Source: a virus
Length of the DNA stretch: 64,000 nucleotides
Strand: one strand, 5' to 3'
IMG/VR virus record: IMGVR_UViG_3300045996_003734
Location: 1 to 64,000 of that record
In this document: positions 36,466 through 46,752 of the stretch, piece by piece
Numbering within the stretch: position 1 is the stretch's first letter
Layout: each line of letters starts with the position of its first letter
The notes under the pieces: generated by a model
Database searches by the model: none
What the model was told of the DNA's origin: nothing
Seen by the model: the letters and a program-made list of their open reading frames with translations, nothing else
Program-made: the position numbers and the translations under genes

Positions 36466-37193
36466 CAGCCTACTCCTCCAAATCCAATCGGGGTGACGCC
36501 CACATGCCACCGCCCAGGGGTTGCGTCGGCGCCGCTATCGACGGCGATCGAAAAGTCACTAGTGGTCGGCAGCGCGTCGCGCAGCACGGCTCGCGCGCGT
36601 TCCACGATCGCGAGCTCAGCGCTCGTGAGCGGCCCCGTGTGCCCGACAGCGAAAAGCACGCGCACGACCTGGTCCGACGAGTACGCCGGGCACTGCACGT
36701 GGCCTCGCTCGAGCACGAAGGGCGGCTCCTCGAGATCCGTCGCGAGCGGACCGAACACCCGCCCGTCTTGCACGGTGGCCGCCTGCTCGTGCGGAGACTC
36801 GATGATCGAGAACCGCGGGTCCACAGCGTCCAGGCGCTCTGCGAGGGTGGGCGTGTCGCTCGCAGCGCGCTTCGTCCACGCCTCGGTAACCACCACCCGA
36901 CGCTGCGCCTCGGTGGCGTTCGTCTCCGGGATGATGCCGAGGATGCGCTCGTAATAGGTCAGCAGGTCCGTCGCGAGGTGCGGGAAGGCCTGCAGTAGAG
37001 CGCGCCGGCAGTGGCTCGCTCCTGCAGCCAGCCCCTTCGCCTCGGAGCGCCGCCACAGTCCTTCAATTCCGCGGTCGTTGGGTGCGCTGCCACCCTCCCC
37101 GACCGCTTGGCGCAGCGTCTCGTACGCGCGCTGCGTCGGCGTAGGCCCGCCGCCGACGCGAAACGGCAGCGGGTTGTTGCTGCCCAACGGCAT
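36465..37193 (-). CDS. baseplate wedge protein (Mu gp48/YmfQ-like)
   Basis: PHLATDLLTYYERILGI...AQRR. Confidence 0.7.
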   Translation of the reverse strand: MPLGSNNPLPFRVGGGPTPTQRAYETLRQAVGEGGSAPNDRGIEGLWRRSEAKGLAAGASHCRRALLQAFPHLATDLLTYYERILGIIPETNATEAQRRVVVTEAWTKRAASDTPTLAERLDAVDPRFSIIESPHEQAATVQDGRVFGPLATDLEEPPFVLERGHVQCPAYSSDQVVRVLFAVGHTGPLTSAELAIVERARAVLRDALPTTSDFSIAVDSGADATPGRWHVGVTPIGFGGVG

Positions 37194-37687
37194 CAGAACA
37201 CCTCGAGCCAGAACGGATGGTCGACGCCCGTGCCCGCGGCGTCCCACAAGCGCACGTTGATCAAGAGCGGGTTGCCGGCATCGCGCCACGCGTGCGCCTC
37301 GATGCGCTGCGAGAACGAACTCAGGTCGCGGTGGCAGGTCACCCGCGCCGCGAACAGGACCGTCGCAATGTCGACGCTCTCCTGGTCCTTGTAACTTGCG
37401 GCGAAAGTATAGGTGTACGCGCCGGCGCCGCTGCGCGCGAGCTCAGGGTGAAGCTGCGCGTTCTCGGGGTTCCACGCCTCGGCCTGGTGAGCGATCTGGA
37501 AGGCGCCTCCCGAGTACGTGGCGATCACCGACGAGCGCGGGACGACAAGGTTCATGCCGGAGACGGCCTGGAAGGCCGCCTCGAACTGCCGCGCACCGAT
37601 GTCCGTCTCCGGGTTTTCGACCGGGATGGTGTCCACGAACTTGGGACCGAGCAGGCTGCGGAGGAAGCGTCGCGGGAAGCTGGACAT
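37193..37687 (-). CDS. baseplate-associated hypothetical protein
   Basis: Operon tiling. Confidence 0.6.
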   Translation of the reverse strand: MSSFPRRFLRSLLGPKFVDTIPVENPETDIGARQFEAAFQAVSGMNLVVPRSSVIATYSGGAFQIAHQAEAWNPENAQLHPELARSGAGAYTYTFAASYKDQESVDIATVLFAARVTCHRDLSSFSQRIEAHAWRDAGNPLLINVRLWDAAGTGVDHPFWLEVF

Positions 37688-39285
37688 CAGATCTCGTAGA
37701 GGCCGACGTGCCCGCAGACGAGCATGTTGGGGCCGAGCATGAGGTTGGTCGGATAGGTCGGGATGGTTTGCGAAATGTCCGCGAGCTCGCCGTCCGCGGA
37801 CGAGCCGCCCAGCGCCTCGATGACCCGCGTGGCGAGCACCGCGCCCGCGCGGAAGGGTTGCTCCTCGACAGCGCCGGGGAAGCGTCCGCCGCGCCCGCCG
37901 CGCACGTCCTCGTCGAGGTCGAACAGCTCGCCCGGACCGAGGCCGTCGAAGTAAGCGGTGATAGCGTTCTGCACGAGCGCGGCGCGCGTGTCCTTCAGCG
38001 CGGGGCTGATGCGCTGCCCGACCTGGACTCCGCCATCAGGCTGGGCCGTCAGCTGAACGCGAAAGACCGAGCCGCCTAGGTCGGTGACGGTGTCGACGCT
38101 AAGCGGAAGGAAGCGGGACTGGTCACGGCTCCACAGCATCATCTGGGGAGCGCTGGCTCCGCTGAGCGCTGCGCCAGGGAGCTGAGCCGGCAGCGTCGCA
38201 TCCGCTGGGCACGAGATCGTGAAGTCCGTGTGGCTCGTCCAACCGACCACGCGCGGCGTAGTCGCGTGGTACGAGGGGAAGGGACGCGCATCAACGAAGC
38301 CCGCCGCGCTGCCCTTCTGCAGGCTCATGCGGAGGGCCACGTCGCAGTACTCGGGGTTCCAGCCGGTGACCACGACGAACGCACGCGAGGGGAAGACCGG
38401 CGAGAGCGGCGGCGTGAGGTAAGCGATCGCCGTCGCGAGCGTGCCGGGGCTAGGCTGACGACCGAGCGGCCCCGCCGTCACCCGCTTCTGGGTGATGCTT
38501 ACCAGCGTCGACCCGGCGTAGAACGCACACGGGTAGACGAAGCCTTCGCTGATTGCGTTCGACGCAGCGCGCGCCCACGCCCGAACGTGGGCGTCGTTGC
38601 CGCCACCAGGTCGGTGGCGAATGATGCCGGCGATGCGCGCAGCTTGTTCGGCGTCCGTCTCGCGGTCCGTTCCGCCGGAAAAGTCCTGAGCGACGGTCGC
38701 TTGCGGCCCCATGTTTGGGTCGCGCGAGATCCAGGTGAGCTGTGCTCCCGCGTTCGGGTTCGTCCCGATGCCCACGCCAACGCACTGCATCGTCACCTGC
38801 AGAACGCCCGTTCCGCCGACGACGCCGCCCGTGATCACCTGGTAGACGTTGCCCGCGCCGTCACGTGCCTTATACGCGCTCGCGTCCCCGAGCGTGGTCG
38901 AGCTGAGCACGATGGTCCCCGGCACTGCAGGCACGTTCACCGGCCCGCTGCCGCCGGTGGCGTCCAGCTTCTTCTCGCCCCAAAGGCGAGCGTGGTAGCC
39001 CTCGAGCCACTTCGTCGAAGCGCGCTCGAGCCGAATCTGGTCTGCTAACCAGAGCGCTTTGCGCTGCTCGCTCTGCCCGTAATCGTCGATGGCTTGCGCG
39101 GCGACGTACCAACGCGAACGCGGCTGCGTTGCTCGCTGGATTTCGTCGAACGTGAAGGGCTGGCCGGTCTCGGGATTGTTGAGAGAACGAAGACCCTCCC
39201 GGAAGTTCGCGAGCACCACGCGGTCGCGAATGTGCCCGACTGGCACGATCGCGAATTCCCGGTCGACGGGCGTACCCAACGGCAT
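37687..39285 (-). CDS. baseplate J-like protein (Mu gp47-like)
   Basis: GGTDRETDAE..ARI...GGGNDAHVRAWA. Confidence 0.88.
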   Translation of the reverse strand: MPLGTPVDREFAIVPVGHIRDRVVLANFREGLRSLNNPETGQPFTFDEIQRATQPRSRWYVAAQAIDDYGQSEQRKALWLADQIRLERASTKWLEGYHARLWGEKKLDATGGSGPVNVPAVPGTIVLSSTTLGDASAYKARDGAGNVYQVITGGVVGGTGVLQVTMQCVGVGIGTNPNAGAQLTWISRDPNMGPQATVAQDFSGGTDRETDAEQAARIAGIIRHRPGGGNDAHVRAWARAASNAISEGFVYPCAFYAGSTLVSITQKRVTAGPLGRQPSPGTLATAIAYLTPPLSPVFPSRAFVVVTGWNPEYCDVALRMSLQKGSAAGFVDARPFPSYHATTPRVVGWTSHTDFTISCPADATLPAQLPGAALSGASAPQMMLWSRDQSRFLPLSVDTVTDLGGSVFRVQLTAQPDGGVQVGQRISPALKDTRAALVQNAITAYFDGLGPGELFDLDEDVRGGRGGRFPGAVEEQPFRAGAVLATRVIEALGGSSADGELADISQTIPTYPTNLMLGPNMLVCGHVGLYEI

Positions 39286-39740
39286 CAGCTCACCGCCCTT
39301 CCGAGCAGCTGATTCAACGCCAGCGGCACCATGCGCGCCTGGCTCCGCGCGACGTTGAAGTAGTGCACTTGGATTTCAACGGTGTCGCCCACCTCGACGT
39401 ACTCGACGCGCTCAAGCGAGATCTGCTTCGTGCTCGTCAGGTGGTCGAGCGCGAGGCGGACCTCTTCCCGGAAGAACGACTCGAGCTGCGGAGTGATCAG
39501 CTTGGCGTCTCGGAAGTTGTGCCCCACGTCCTCGACCGCGCTACCGGACGCCTTAACCGTCCGCAGCGCCGTGAAGACGGCGGCGTCGGTCGGGTCGAAC
39601 CCGCGCGCAATCGAGAGCAGCTCGCCAGTCGCAAAGTCGACGGGGTCGGCGAGCATGCCGATCGGCTCGCCGGTGGCCACGAAGTTGACCGGCGTGAAGA
39701 AGACAGCCGGCGTTACGCCTGCTTGCGGAAGGAGCGACAC
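39285..39740 (-). CDS. baseplate wedge protein (Mu gp46/gp25-like)
   Basis: Upstream of J; EVRLALDHL motif. Confidence 0.65.
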   Translation of the reverse strand: MSLLPQAGVTPAVFFTPVNFVATGEPIGMLADPVDFATGELLSIARGFDPTDAAVFTALRTVKASGSAVEDVGHNFRDAKLITPQLESFFREEVRLALDHLTSTKQISLERVEYVEVGDTVEIQVHYFNVARSQARMVPLALNQLLGRAVS

Positions 39741-39768
39741 CTACGGAAGGTAGGCGCGCTCGCCCCGC

Positions 39769-40479
39769 CTAACCTCCCGAGCGACAGCAACCGTGGTAAC
39801 CCGCCGTCGCGTCTTCCCAACCGAGTTGCGTTGGGCAGCTGTCCAGGCACTCCAGAAACGTCGGCTTGCTCTCGTTCTTGCAGGCCCCCTGGAGGCTCGA
39901 CCCGTAGTCGTACGCCGGGTCGAGATAGCAGGAGTCGTAGCAACACCACGCGCTGGCTGCTCCGTCTGGCAGGACTCCAGGAGCTTTCTGGCAGCCGAAC
40001 GTTGGGGCTGTCGTGCGCGAGGCACACGTAATCAGCTTGTCTCGCGCGGGATTCGAACAGCGGAGATCGGCGGTCCGGTCGTAGTTGCAGTCGTAGCTGA
40101 CCGGCGACTCCGCGGTGCCTCCCGTGCCCCCGGTACCGGCCGCCCCTGCCTTGCCGCCGCCACCGCTCCCAGCTGCGCCGGCTAAACCGCCGTTGCCGCC
40201 GCCGCTCCCGCCGGGCTGTCCGGCTTCACCTCCAGCTCCAGCGCCGCCGCCGCCAACCACCACTTCGCCCGCCGCTCCAGCGTCGCTCGGCGTAGTACCT
40301 TTTCCAGCACTGCCGCCTTCGCTCGGTTCACCCGCGCTCGCCATGCCCGCCGCGGAAGGCGCCTCGACGCCCGTGCCGGCTCCGCTCTCGCCGCCATCTT
40401 GCGGAGTAGGCGTCTTTTCCTCGCCCGAACATGCGATGCCGAGCGCGACAGCGAGCAGAGTCCAGGCGCATTTGCCCAT
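39769..40479 (-). CDS. lipoprotein with Gly-rich linker and Cys-rich domain
   Basis: Lipobox LGIAC; GAGG repeats; 12 Cys in the C-terminal domain. Confidence 0.8.
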   Translation of the reverse strand: MGKCAWTLLAVALGIACSGEEKTPTPQDGGESGAGTGVEAPSAAGMASAGEPSEGGSAGKGTTPSDAGAAGEVVVGGGGAGAGGEAGQPGGSGGGNGGLAGAAGSGGGGKAGAAGTGGTGGTAESPVSYDCNYDRTADLRCSNPARDKLITCASRTTAPTFGCQKAPGVLPDGAASAWCCYDSCYLDPAYDYGSSLQGACKNESKPTFLECLDSCPTQLGWEDATAGYHGCCRSGG

Positions 40480-40559
40480 TCGACACACGCTAGCCACGCG
40501 CTCCCATCGCGTCAACGGGCGGTTGACGCTGCCGCCGCTAGGCTTTCTCCTGCCAAGTC

Positions 40560-41126
40560 ATGGCCAAGGGGAAAGGCGGCAGCGTCGGCTGCTTCGGACT
40601 TCTCATCTTCACGCTGCCCTTCTGGTGGGCGTACGACAAGTGTACGGGCGGCGACGAGCGGCGCGCTCAAGAGCAGATCGTGGCAGAGACCCAGCAGGTC
40701 GCTCGCCAAGCAGCTGCCGCCGCCCAGGTGCGCCGAGTCGCGCAGGCGAAGGCCGAGCAGGAAGCTGCCCTAGCCGCTGCAAAGGTCGAGGTGCGCCGCG
40801 GCCAACTCGCCCAGCTTGCGGCCTGGAAGCCCTACCAGCGCTCGCAGGCACTCGCGCAGTGCTTCAAGTCGGAGTGTCCCAACGGCGTTCCGGACGAAGC
40901 GGCGCTGCTCGAGTCGGCCAAGAGCGACGCCGAGCGGAAGCAGCTCAGCGCGATGAAGGGCCAACTCGAAAAGGCCCAGGAGCGCGCCGAGAAGGCGGCC
41001 GCTCGCTCGAGCGCAGCGCTTCGGTGCTGCGACGGGTCCCTCTCGCCGAAGTGCACCTGCGGCAACGCTCGCGGCGGCTGCTGCTCGAAGCACGGTGGCG
41101 TCTGCGGCTGCTCTGCCGACGATTAG
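40560..41126 (+). CDS. membrane-anchored protein with C-terminal Cys cluster
   Basis: N-terminal TM; [12 protein letters not shown]...[12 protein letters not shown]. Confidence 0.8.
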   Translation: MAKGKGGSVGCFGLLIFTLPFWWAYDKCTGGDERRAQEQIVAETQQVARQAAAAAQVRRVAQAKAEQEAALAAAKVEVRRGQLAQLAAWKPYQRSQALAQCFKSECPNGVPDEAALLESAKSDAERKQLSAMKGQLEKAQERAEKAAARSSAALRCCDGSLSPKCTCGNARGGCCSKHGGVCGCSADD

Positions 41127-41440
41127 GGGTCGAGCGGACAGAACAGCGCCGGCAACCCCGGCAGCGACGGGAGCGCGGGCAGCGCCAGCCCCGGCAGGCC
41201 GAATCCCGGCAGAGGCAGCGACGGGAGCCCAGGGAGTGCCGGCAGCGACGGCACCCCAGGGAGACTCGGTAGCGCGGGCAGAGCGAGCCCCGGCAAGCCG
41301 AACCCTGGCAGCGGCAGCGACGGGAGCCCCGGGAGCGGCGGCAGCGCTGGCAAGCCCGGCAGCGCCGGGAGCGAGGGTAGCGCCAGCCCCGGCAAGCCGA
41401 ACCCAGGCAGCGGCAGGGGCGGGAACGCGCAGCGGCTCAC
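41123..41440 (-). CDS. Pro/Leu repeat protein (about 3 x 33 aa)
   Basis: [13 protein letters not shown] units; 99-bp period; GTGA overlap. Confidence 0.7.
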   Translation of the reverse strand: MSRCAFPPLPLPGFGLPGLALPSLPALPGLPALPPLPGLPSLPLPGFGLPGLALPALPSLPGVPSLPALPGLPSLPLPGFGLPGLALPALPSLPGLPALFCPLDP

Positions 41441-41763
41441 GACACCGTGCCCGAAGCGCTACCGGTGGCGGTGGTTGCTCCGGTCTGCGCCGCTGCTGTG
41501 CCCGTCGTCGATACCGCGATCCCACTCGCCACCGTGGCCGACACGGACGCGTTGTCCTTGATGTGCGGGATGATCTTTGCGACCGCGCGAGCTAGCACGG
41601 CTAACTGCTCCAGCGCATTCGCCTTCGCTACTGGGTTTGCGTCGAGACTTGAGAGGTCGTTGCCCTCCACCAGCACGTCGAAGACCTCGCCTGCGGCACC
41701 GGTGCTCGTCGTCACGACTCCGGTCAGCGCGTTGATTACGATCGACCCTTCAACCATTGCCAT
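41437..41763 (-). CDS. spike-associated hypothetical protein
   Basis: Follows spike gene; GGAG RBS. Confidence 0.6.
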   Translation of the reverse strand: MAMVEGSIVINALTGVVTTSTGAAGEVFDVLVEGNDLSSLDANPVAKANALEQLAVLARAVAKIIPHIKDNASVSATVASGIAVSTTGTAAAQTGATTATGSASGTVS

Positions 41764-41774
41764 GGCGAGAACTC

Positions 41775-42503
41775 CTAGAGAGGGCTCACGAAAACGCTCG
41801 GGGAAGGCGGGGACGCGGGCCCAGCAAGTAGGGGGATGCCCGTCTCCGCCGAGGCGCCCAGGTAGACGTTGCCCTTCAGCATGATCTTCGGCGCCTGCAA
41901 CGTGAACTCCCCCGGCTTCGCGCGGAGGAAGGTGTCGGCATCGAGCAGCGCGACGAGGCCGTCCTCCTTGGTGAGCGAGAGCTGGTAGCCCTCGCCGTGG
42001 GTGATGCTGATGCTCTCGTTGCCGTCGGTGGGGTCGACGATGATCGCGTGCGCCTTGGTGGGCACGCCATCGACGAACGCGTAGGGCACGTAGAGCGTCA
42101 TGACGCTCTCCTCCGCCGCGTTGTCATCGAAGCTTAGGAAGCCGCCGCCGTAGCTGCTCAGCCCAGTGGTGCCGACCTTAGGAGGGAGGGTCCGCTGCAA
42201 GCGCAGGTCGCGGGCAACCAGCGGAATCAGGCCCCCACCCTTGCGCACGGCGATGCCTTCGGCGCCTACTTGCTTACCGCCAACGTCGGCCGGCGGCCGC
42301 GGGCGCCAGACCACGGGCCCGGTGTACTGCTCCTTGTCGATGAACTTCTCGCCAGGGCCTTCGCCGAGCGGGTCGTCCACGTCGCCGACAGCGCCCTCCC
42401 CGCCCCACAGCACCGCGCTGTGCTCGCCCACGACCGTCGAGCCGATCACTCGCACGAAGCTGAGGGCCCAGTCGCTCAGGTAGGAAACCATCAGAGCGCC
42501 CAA
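41775..42503 (-). CDS. baseplate central spike (Mu gp45-like)
   Basis: Follows hub; RPRPP...AEGIAV...ARDLR then beta repeats. Confidence 0.7.
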   Translation of the reverse strand: MGALMVSYLSDWALSFVRVIGSTVVGEHSAVLWGGEGAVGDVDDPLGEGPGEKFIDKEQYTGPVVWRPRPPADVGGKQVGAEGIAVRKGGGLIPLVARDLRLQRTLPPKVGTTGLSSYGGGFLSFDDNAAEESVMTLYVPYAFVDGVPTKAHAIIVDPTDGNESISITHGEGYQLSLTKEDGLVALLDADTFLRAKPGEFTLQAPKIMLKGNVYLGASAETGIPLLAGPASPPSPSVFVSPL

Positions 42504-43630
42504 ATCCCCCGACCGCAGCAGGTCAACGTGGTGGTGTGGGAACGGTCAGCGGAGCCGGCTTGCTTGCACTGGTACACGAGGTAGGCGCCGTTCGCCCCTC
42601 CCGCGATGTCCACGGACACTGCTGCGACGGTGTCGATGCCGTACGCGACGCGCTGCGAGCCGGTCCAGTAACTCAGCCCGTCGGTCTCGAGCACCCACGA
42701 GTCCGAGGCGAGCCGGCGCTTCATGAGCTCCCTTCGCGCTCTCGCCACGGCCTGCGACTGCGTGACGATCGACTCGTCGATGACGATGGCCGTGCGGTCG
42801 AGCACGGGATCCACGCCCGCCAGCACCGGGTCGGAGGCCATGAACTTGATGCGGGCCTTCTGCTGGTCTCGCCCGCCGCCCACGCCGAAAACCCACAGCT
42901 GGGCCGGCACATCCTCGAAGTCCTCGGTCTTCGTCGCCGCGAGGAGGTTGTTGGTGCGCCCGTCAATGCCCCGGTGGGCGGTCATGAAGTAGCTCGCGCT
43001 CTGCTCGTCGTTCGGTGCGCCGATGACGATCCGACCGTCCGGCGCGTCCCACATCATGAGGTGAAAGCGCGAGAGGTGCCGCTCGGCGAACGACCACACG
43101 CTCTCCGGAGGATGCGGCCGCGCCTCTTCTTCCTTCATGGCCGCGAGGTCGAGCGTCGCCGTCCCACCCTTCCCCTTGCCCGTCACGAGGTCGCGCGCCA
43201 GGTCCGTGGCGAAGATGAAGTCGTCGCGCGTGAGGCCCATGCGCGCGAAAGCCGCGAGCACTACCGCCTCGAGTGTGGTGTTGCTCACGCCGATCTTGGA
43301 GTCCACCGCCGTGAACATCGCGTCCGCCAGCTTGGTGCGCACGATGACCTGAACGGTGCCGCCGGCGTCGGCCGAAACAGCCAGGTTCCGCGTGAGCAGC
43401 CGTCCCGTTATCCGCGGCGTGTCGTTCACGCTGATCGCGAATTGCCCGCCGATCGCGAGCGCTTCGCGGATCGCCGACCAGGTCCCGTCGTCGCCGAGCT
43501 CGAAGCGCGCCGCGCTGGGTCCAGTGAGGTCCGTCAGGATCTCGTACTGCGTGGCGCGGTCGACGACGATGCTGAAGCCGCCGCCGCGCACGCTCTCGAT
43601 GAGCACCGTATCTCGGAGGCGTCTGGCCAT
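42491..43630 (-). CDS. baseplate hub (Mu gp44/gpP-like)
   Basis: PPESVWSFAERH...LMMWDAPDGRIVI. Confidence 0.8.
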   Translation of the reverse strand: MARRLRDTVLIESVRGGGFSIVVDRATQYEILTDLTGPSAARFELGDDGTWSAIREALAIGGQFAISVNDTPRITGRLLTRNLAVSADAGGTVQVIVRTKLADAMFTAVDSKIGVSNTTLEAVVLAAFARMGLTRDDFIFATDLARDLVTGKGKGGTATLDLAAMKEEEARPHPPESVWSFAERHLSRFHLMMWDAPDGRIVIGAPNDEQSASYFMTAHRGIDGRTNNLLAATKTEDFEDVPAQLWVFGVGGGRDQQKARIKFMASDPVLAGVDPVLDRTAIVIDESIVTQSQAVARARRELMKRRLASDSWVLETDGLSYWTGSQRVAYGIDTVAAVSVDIAGGANGAYLVYQCKQAGSADRSHTTTLTCCGRGIWAL

Positions 43631-43632
43631 GG

Positions 43633-44655
43633 CTACTCCGCGAACACCTTCACGCTGGCGCCTTGCTCGATGTACGAGAAGTCCTCGACGTCGCTGTTGA
43701 TCGACATGAGTTCCCGGGCGTTCTGCCCGAGCTCGGTGGCGATCAGCCAGATGGTGGTGCGACGCCGCGCGGTGTAGCCGCGGGTCTTCGGCAAGGACGC
43801 GAGCGCCTCCGCCTCCGCGTTGGCGGCGAGTTCGAGCAGCGCCAGCAGCTTGCCGCGCGCGCTCGCGCCGTCGGGACCGTTCATCTGGTCTCGTCCCTCC
43901 TCGCCCGACGAGAACGCGTCCAACAGGAGCCTGCTCGCGCGCCGGAGCCGCTGCGCCTGCACCGCGATCGACTGGGCGAATTCCTCCGGTTGGCTGATCA
44001 GCCTGGCCAAGCCCGCCGCCAGCTCGACGATGTTCGCGCCTGGGTCGCCGATGCCCCCGAAGTCAGAGAAGCTCCGGAGGCTGTCGGTCGCGGCGGCGCT
44101 CATGCCGTCCTGCTCGAGCGAGAACACCGCTTCCTCAGCGGCGCGCTTCACATTGGCTTTGACGGCCACGGCCTCGAAGGCCTCGCGATCCAGCGCGTCC
44201 TCGTTGTCCTGCTTGAACATGACGCTCAGCGACTCGCCGCCGCGGTTGTCATCCGGTGCCGCGCGGCGCTGCCAGGTGAGCGGCTTCACGCGCAGCCCGC
44301 GCTTCCACGGCAGGTTAAGCGTCGCCGTGCGCCCAGTCTTGAACTGCCGAACGAGCGCCTCGAGCAGGTCCGGCCAAATCTGAATGCCCTGCGTGTCCAG
44401 CTCCGGCTCGCTGACGTCGTTGTTGAAGATGAAGCCGAGCGTGAAGACGTCCGGCATGGCGCCAGTTTCGTCGAGCTTGGCGCCCGGCTGCCAAGGGCGC
44501 ACGCGCTCTACGACGCGCAGCCCTCCGTCCTCGCCGACCTCGCGCAGCGCCAACAGCAGCGCGCTCTCCCCGTCGGCCTTGTACGACGTCGGGCCGAGCA
44601 GGAGCCACGGATCGCCGTCCGTCTCCAGCGCCGTCGTGAGCTTCTCGCGAGCCAT
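43633..44655 (-). CDS. Mu gpN-like DNA circularisation/tube initiator protein with LysM-like end
   Basis: RVVERVRPWQPGAKLDETG; TIWLIATELG...ELMSIN. Confidence 0.75.
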   Translation of the reverse strand: MAREKLTTALETDGDPWLLLGPTSYKADGESALLLALREVGEDGGLRVVERVRPWQPGAKLDETGAMPDVFTLGFIFNNDVSEPELDTQGIQIWPDLLEALVRQFKTGRTATLNLPWKRGLRVKPLTWQRRAAPDDNRGGESLSVMFKQDNEDALDREAFEAVAVKANVKRAAEEAVFSLEQDGMSAAATDSLRSFSDFGGIGDPGANIVELAAGLARLISQPEEFAQSIAVQAQRLRRASRLLLDAFSSGEEGRDQMNGPDGASARGKLLALLELAANAEAEALASLPKTRGYTARRRTTIWLIATELGQNARELMSINSDVEDFSYIEQGASVKVFAE

Positions 44656-44658
44656 TGC

Positions 44659-46668
44659 CTACTTTGGCGTGCTGCCGCTCTGGTTACCCGGCGCGGGCGG
44701 CAGGCCGTTCTTGCCGCCTCCCCCGCCGCCCGGCGGGTGGATCTTGTCCATCGCTTTCGCGAGGCGCTCTGCCGACTGCGCAGCCCGTTCGTGTGCCTGC
44801 GCCACCTTGTCTCCGCCCTTGGCGCCCTTCGACATGGCCACCTCGAGCTCGCGCAGCTCCGCCTCGGCCTTGGCGATGACGTTGGCCTGGACGTCCCCCT
44901 TCACGTCCCCGCCGCTGACCAGCTGGGCAGCGGCACCGAACGTGTCGTCCATAAAGCCGCCGACGCCCTCGCGGTTCTTCTTGGCGGCGTCGATGCGAGC
45001 GCGAAGCGTGTCCGCCTCCTTCGCCATACGCGCCTGGTTGCCGCTCGCCTTCGCGGCAGCAGCCCCGGCGCCGGCCGTGGCGAGGTCGCCCTGGTCCTTG
45101 GCCTTGTCCTCGTAGATGCTGTCGATGGCGGCCTTGCCGAGCTCGTAGGCCACGGCCGCCGCGACCGCGATGCCCGCCGCCGCGCCGAGGCTCTTGCCGG
45201 CGGTGGACCACGCACCGTTCCTAGCGGCTTCCGCGGCGAGGTTCGCGCCGATGCTCTTGCCGAGCGAGATGGCCTTGTCCTTGCCGAGCCCAGCGACGTC
45301 GCCCGCGATCGAGCCCGCCGCCGACATGCCAGCGCCCTTTCCAAGGAAAGCCGCTCCCGCGAGGATCGGATGGTCCGCTGCGAACTCGAGTAAGCTGGTG
45401 AAGCCGTTGGTCAGGCGCGGCAGCAGCTGCGCCAGCTTCTCCATCGAGGCCATCATCTCGGGCTTCGTGAAGGCCGTCTTGAACCGGTTCATGACGTCGG
45501 CCATCACGCGGTCCGGGTCCTTGGCGGCGCGCTTCTTGGCCTCGGCCTCGAGCTGGGCGGCGGTCAGGCTCGTCTTGCCGGCCGCCTCGAGTGCCTGGTG
45601 GAAGGCGTCGAGCGCCGCCGCGGTCTTCTTCTTGGCGGTACCCTCGGTCTCGGCGAACACCTTCTGGTAGGTCTTGCCGAAGTCGCTCACCAGCTTGAGC
45701 GTGTCGCCCTGGAACACCTTCGAGAGCGTCTCTTCCTTGCCGCCAGTCTTGGCCAGGATCTTGTCGAGCGCGTCCTTCCGAGCGCCTCCGCCCTTCTCGG
45801 TGATCTTGATGCCAAGGTCCTTCTCGATGCTCTTCAGCTTGTCGGCGTTGCCGAAGGTCTCCATCAGGCTGGTGACCGCCGTCAGGTTCTTCTTGAAGCT
45901 GCCGGTGACGTTGTCGCCGACGTTCAGCATACCGAGCACCTGCTGAAGGCCGGCCTTTCCCTCGAGGCCCATCTGCTTCGCAGACGCGCCAACGATACCG
46001 AGCTTGGCGCCGAGGTCGTCGATGTTCGCGCCGCCCTTGCTCGAGAGCTCGATGACGGAGGCCAGCGCGTCCTGCATCTCGTTGCCGGCGATGCCGAACT
46101 TCTCGTTGAGGGTTCCAGCGATCGCGGTCAGCGTGTTGACGCTCTTGCCGCTGGCGTTCGCTGCGATGGCGATGGCGTCGAGCGCGTCGGCAGAGAACTG
46201 CGCGTCCCCCGTCTCGTCGTAGAGCGCGGCGTAGGCGCCGGCGAGCTCGTTGACGTCGCGCTTCCAACGCTTCGCCGCGCCCTCCACGTCCTTCTGGACG
46301 TCGGTCCACTCGACCGCCTTGCCTGTGCCCGTGCTGATGGCGAAGGCGAGGTCCTTGTAAATGCCGACCAGCTCGGTGCCGCTCTTGGCGCCGGCGGCCA
46401 CGGAGAGCGCGCCGCCGAGCGTGGCCGCCTGCCCGATGGTGTTCTTCAGCTCCTTGCCGAGGTCCGCAAGCGTGTCCTTGGCCGCGCCGAAGCCCTTCTT
46501 GATCGAGCCTAGTGCCGGGTGGAGCTTCCGCTCGGCCTTCTCGCCGGCCTCGCCCACTCCCTCGATTTCGTGGCCGAGCTCGGCCGCTTTCTTCTCGATC
46601 TCCTTGAGCATCGAGAGGAAGCCGCCGGCGGCGAGCTCGAGCCGGACCTTGGCGTCTTTCTCAGACAT
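44659..46668 (-). CDS. tape measure protein
   Basis: Ala/Lys-rich helical; follows the chaperone gene. Confidence 0.85.
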   Translation of the reverse strand: MSEKDAKVRLELAAGGFLSMLKEIEKKAAELGHEIEGVGEAGEKAERKLHPALGSIKKGFGAAKDTLADLGKELKNTIGQAATLGGALSVAAGAKSGTELVGIYKDLAFAISTGTGKAVEWTDVQKDVEGAAKRWKRDVNELAGAYAALYDETGDAQFSADALDAIAIAANASGKSVNTLTAIAGTLNEKFGIAGNEMQDALASVIELSSKGGANIDDLGAKLGIVGASAKQMGLEGKAGLQQVLGMLNVGDNVTGSFKKNLTAVTSLMETFGNADKLKSIEKDLGIKITEKGGGARKDALDKILAKTGGKEETLSKVFQGDTLKLVSDFGKTYQKVFAETEGTAKKKTAAALDAFHQALEAAGKTSLTAAQLEAEAKKRAAKDPDRVMADVMNRFKTAFTKPEMMASMEKLAQLLPRLTNGFTSLLEFAADHPILAGAAFLGKGAGMSAAGSIAGDVAGLGKDKAISLGKSIGANLAAEAARNGAWSTAGKSLGAAAGIAVAAAVAYELGKAAIDSIYEDKAKDQGDLATAGAGAAAAKASGNQARMAKEADTLRARIDAAKKNREGVGGFMDDTFGAAAQLVSGGDVKGDVQANVIAKAEAELRELEVAMSKGAKGGDKVAQAHERAAQSAERLAKAMDKIHPPGGGGGGKNGLPPAPGNQSGSTPK

Positions 46669-46752
46669 CGTCCTTCCCCAGGTCGTTCAGGATTCTGCGC
46701 CACTCGGGGTCGGCGTTGTCGCCGCGCACGATGGCTGCGAGTTCGTTGAACT

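Noticed and set aside
41123-41440. CRISPR array
   Set aside because: In-frame coding repeats with no unique spacers; no cas genes
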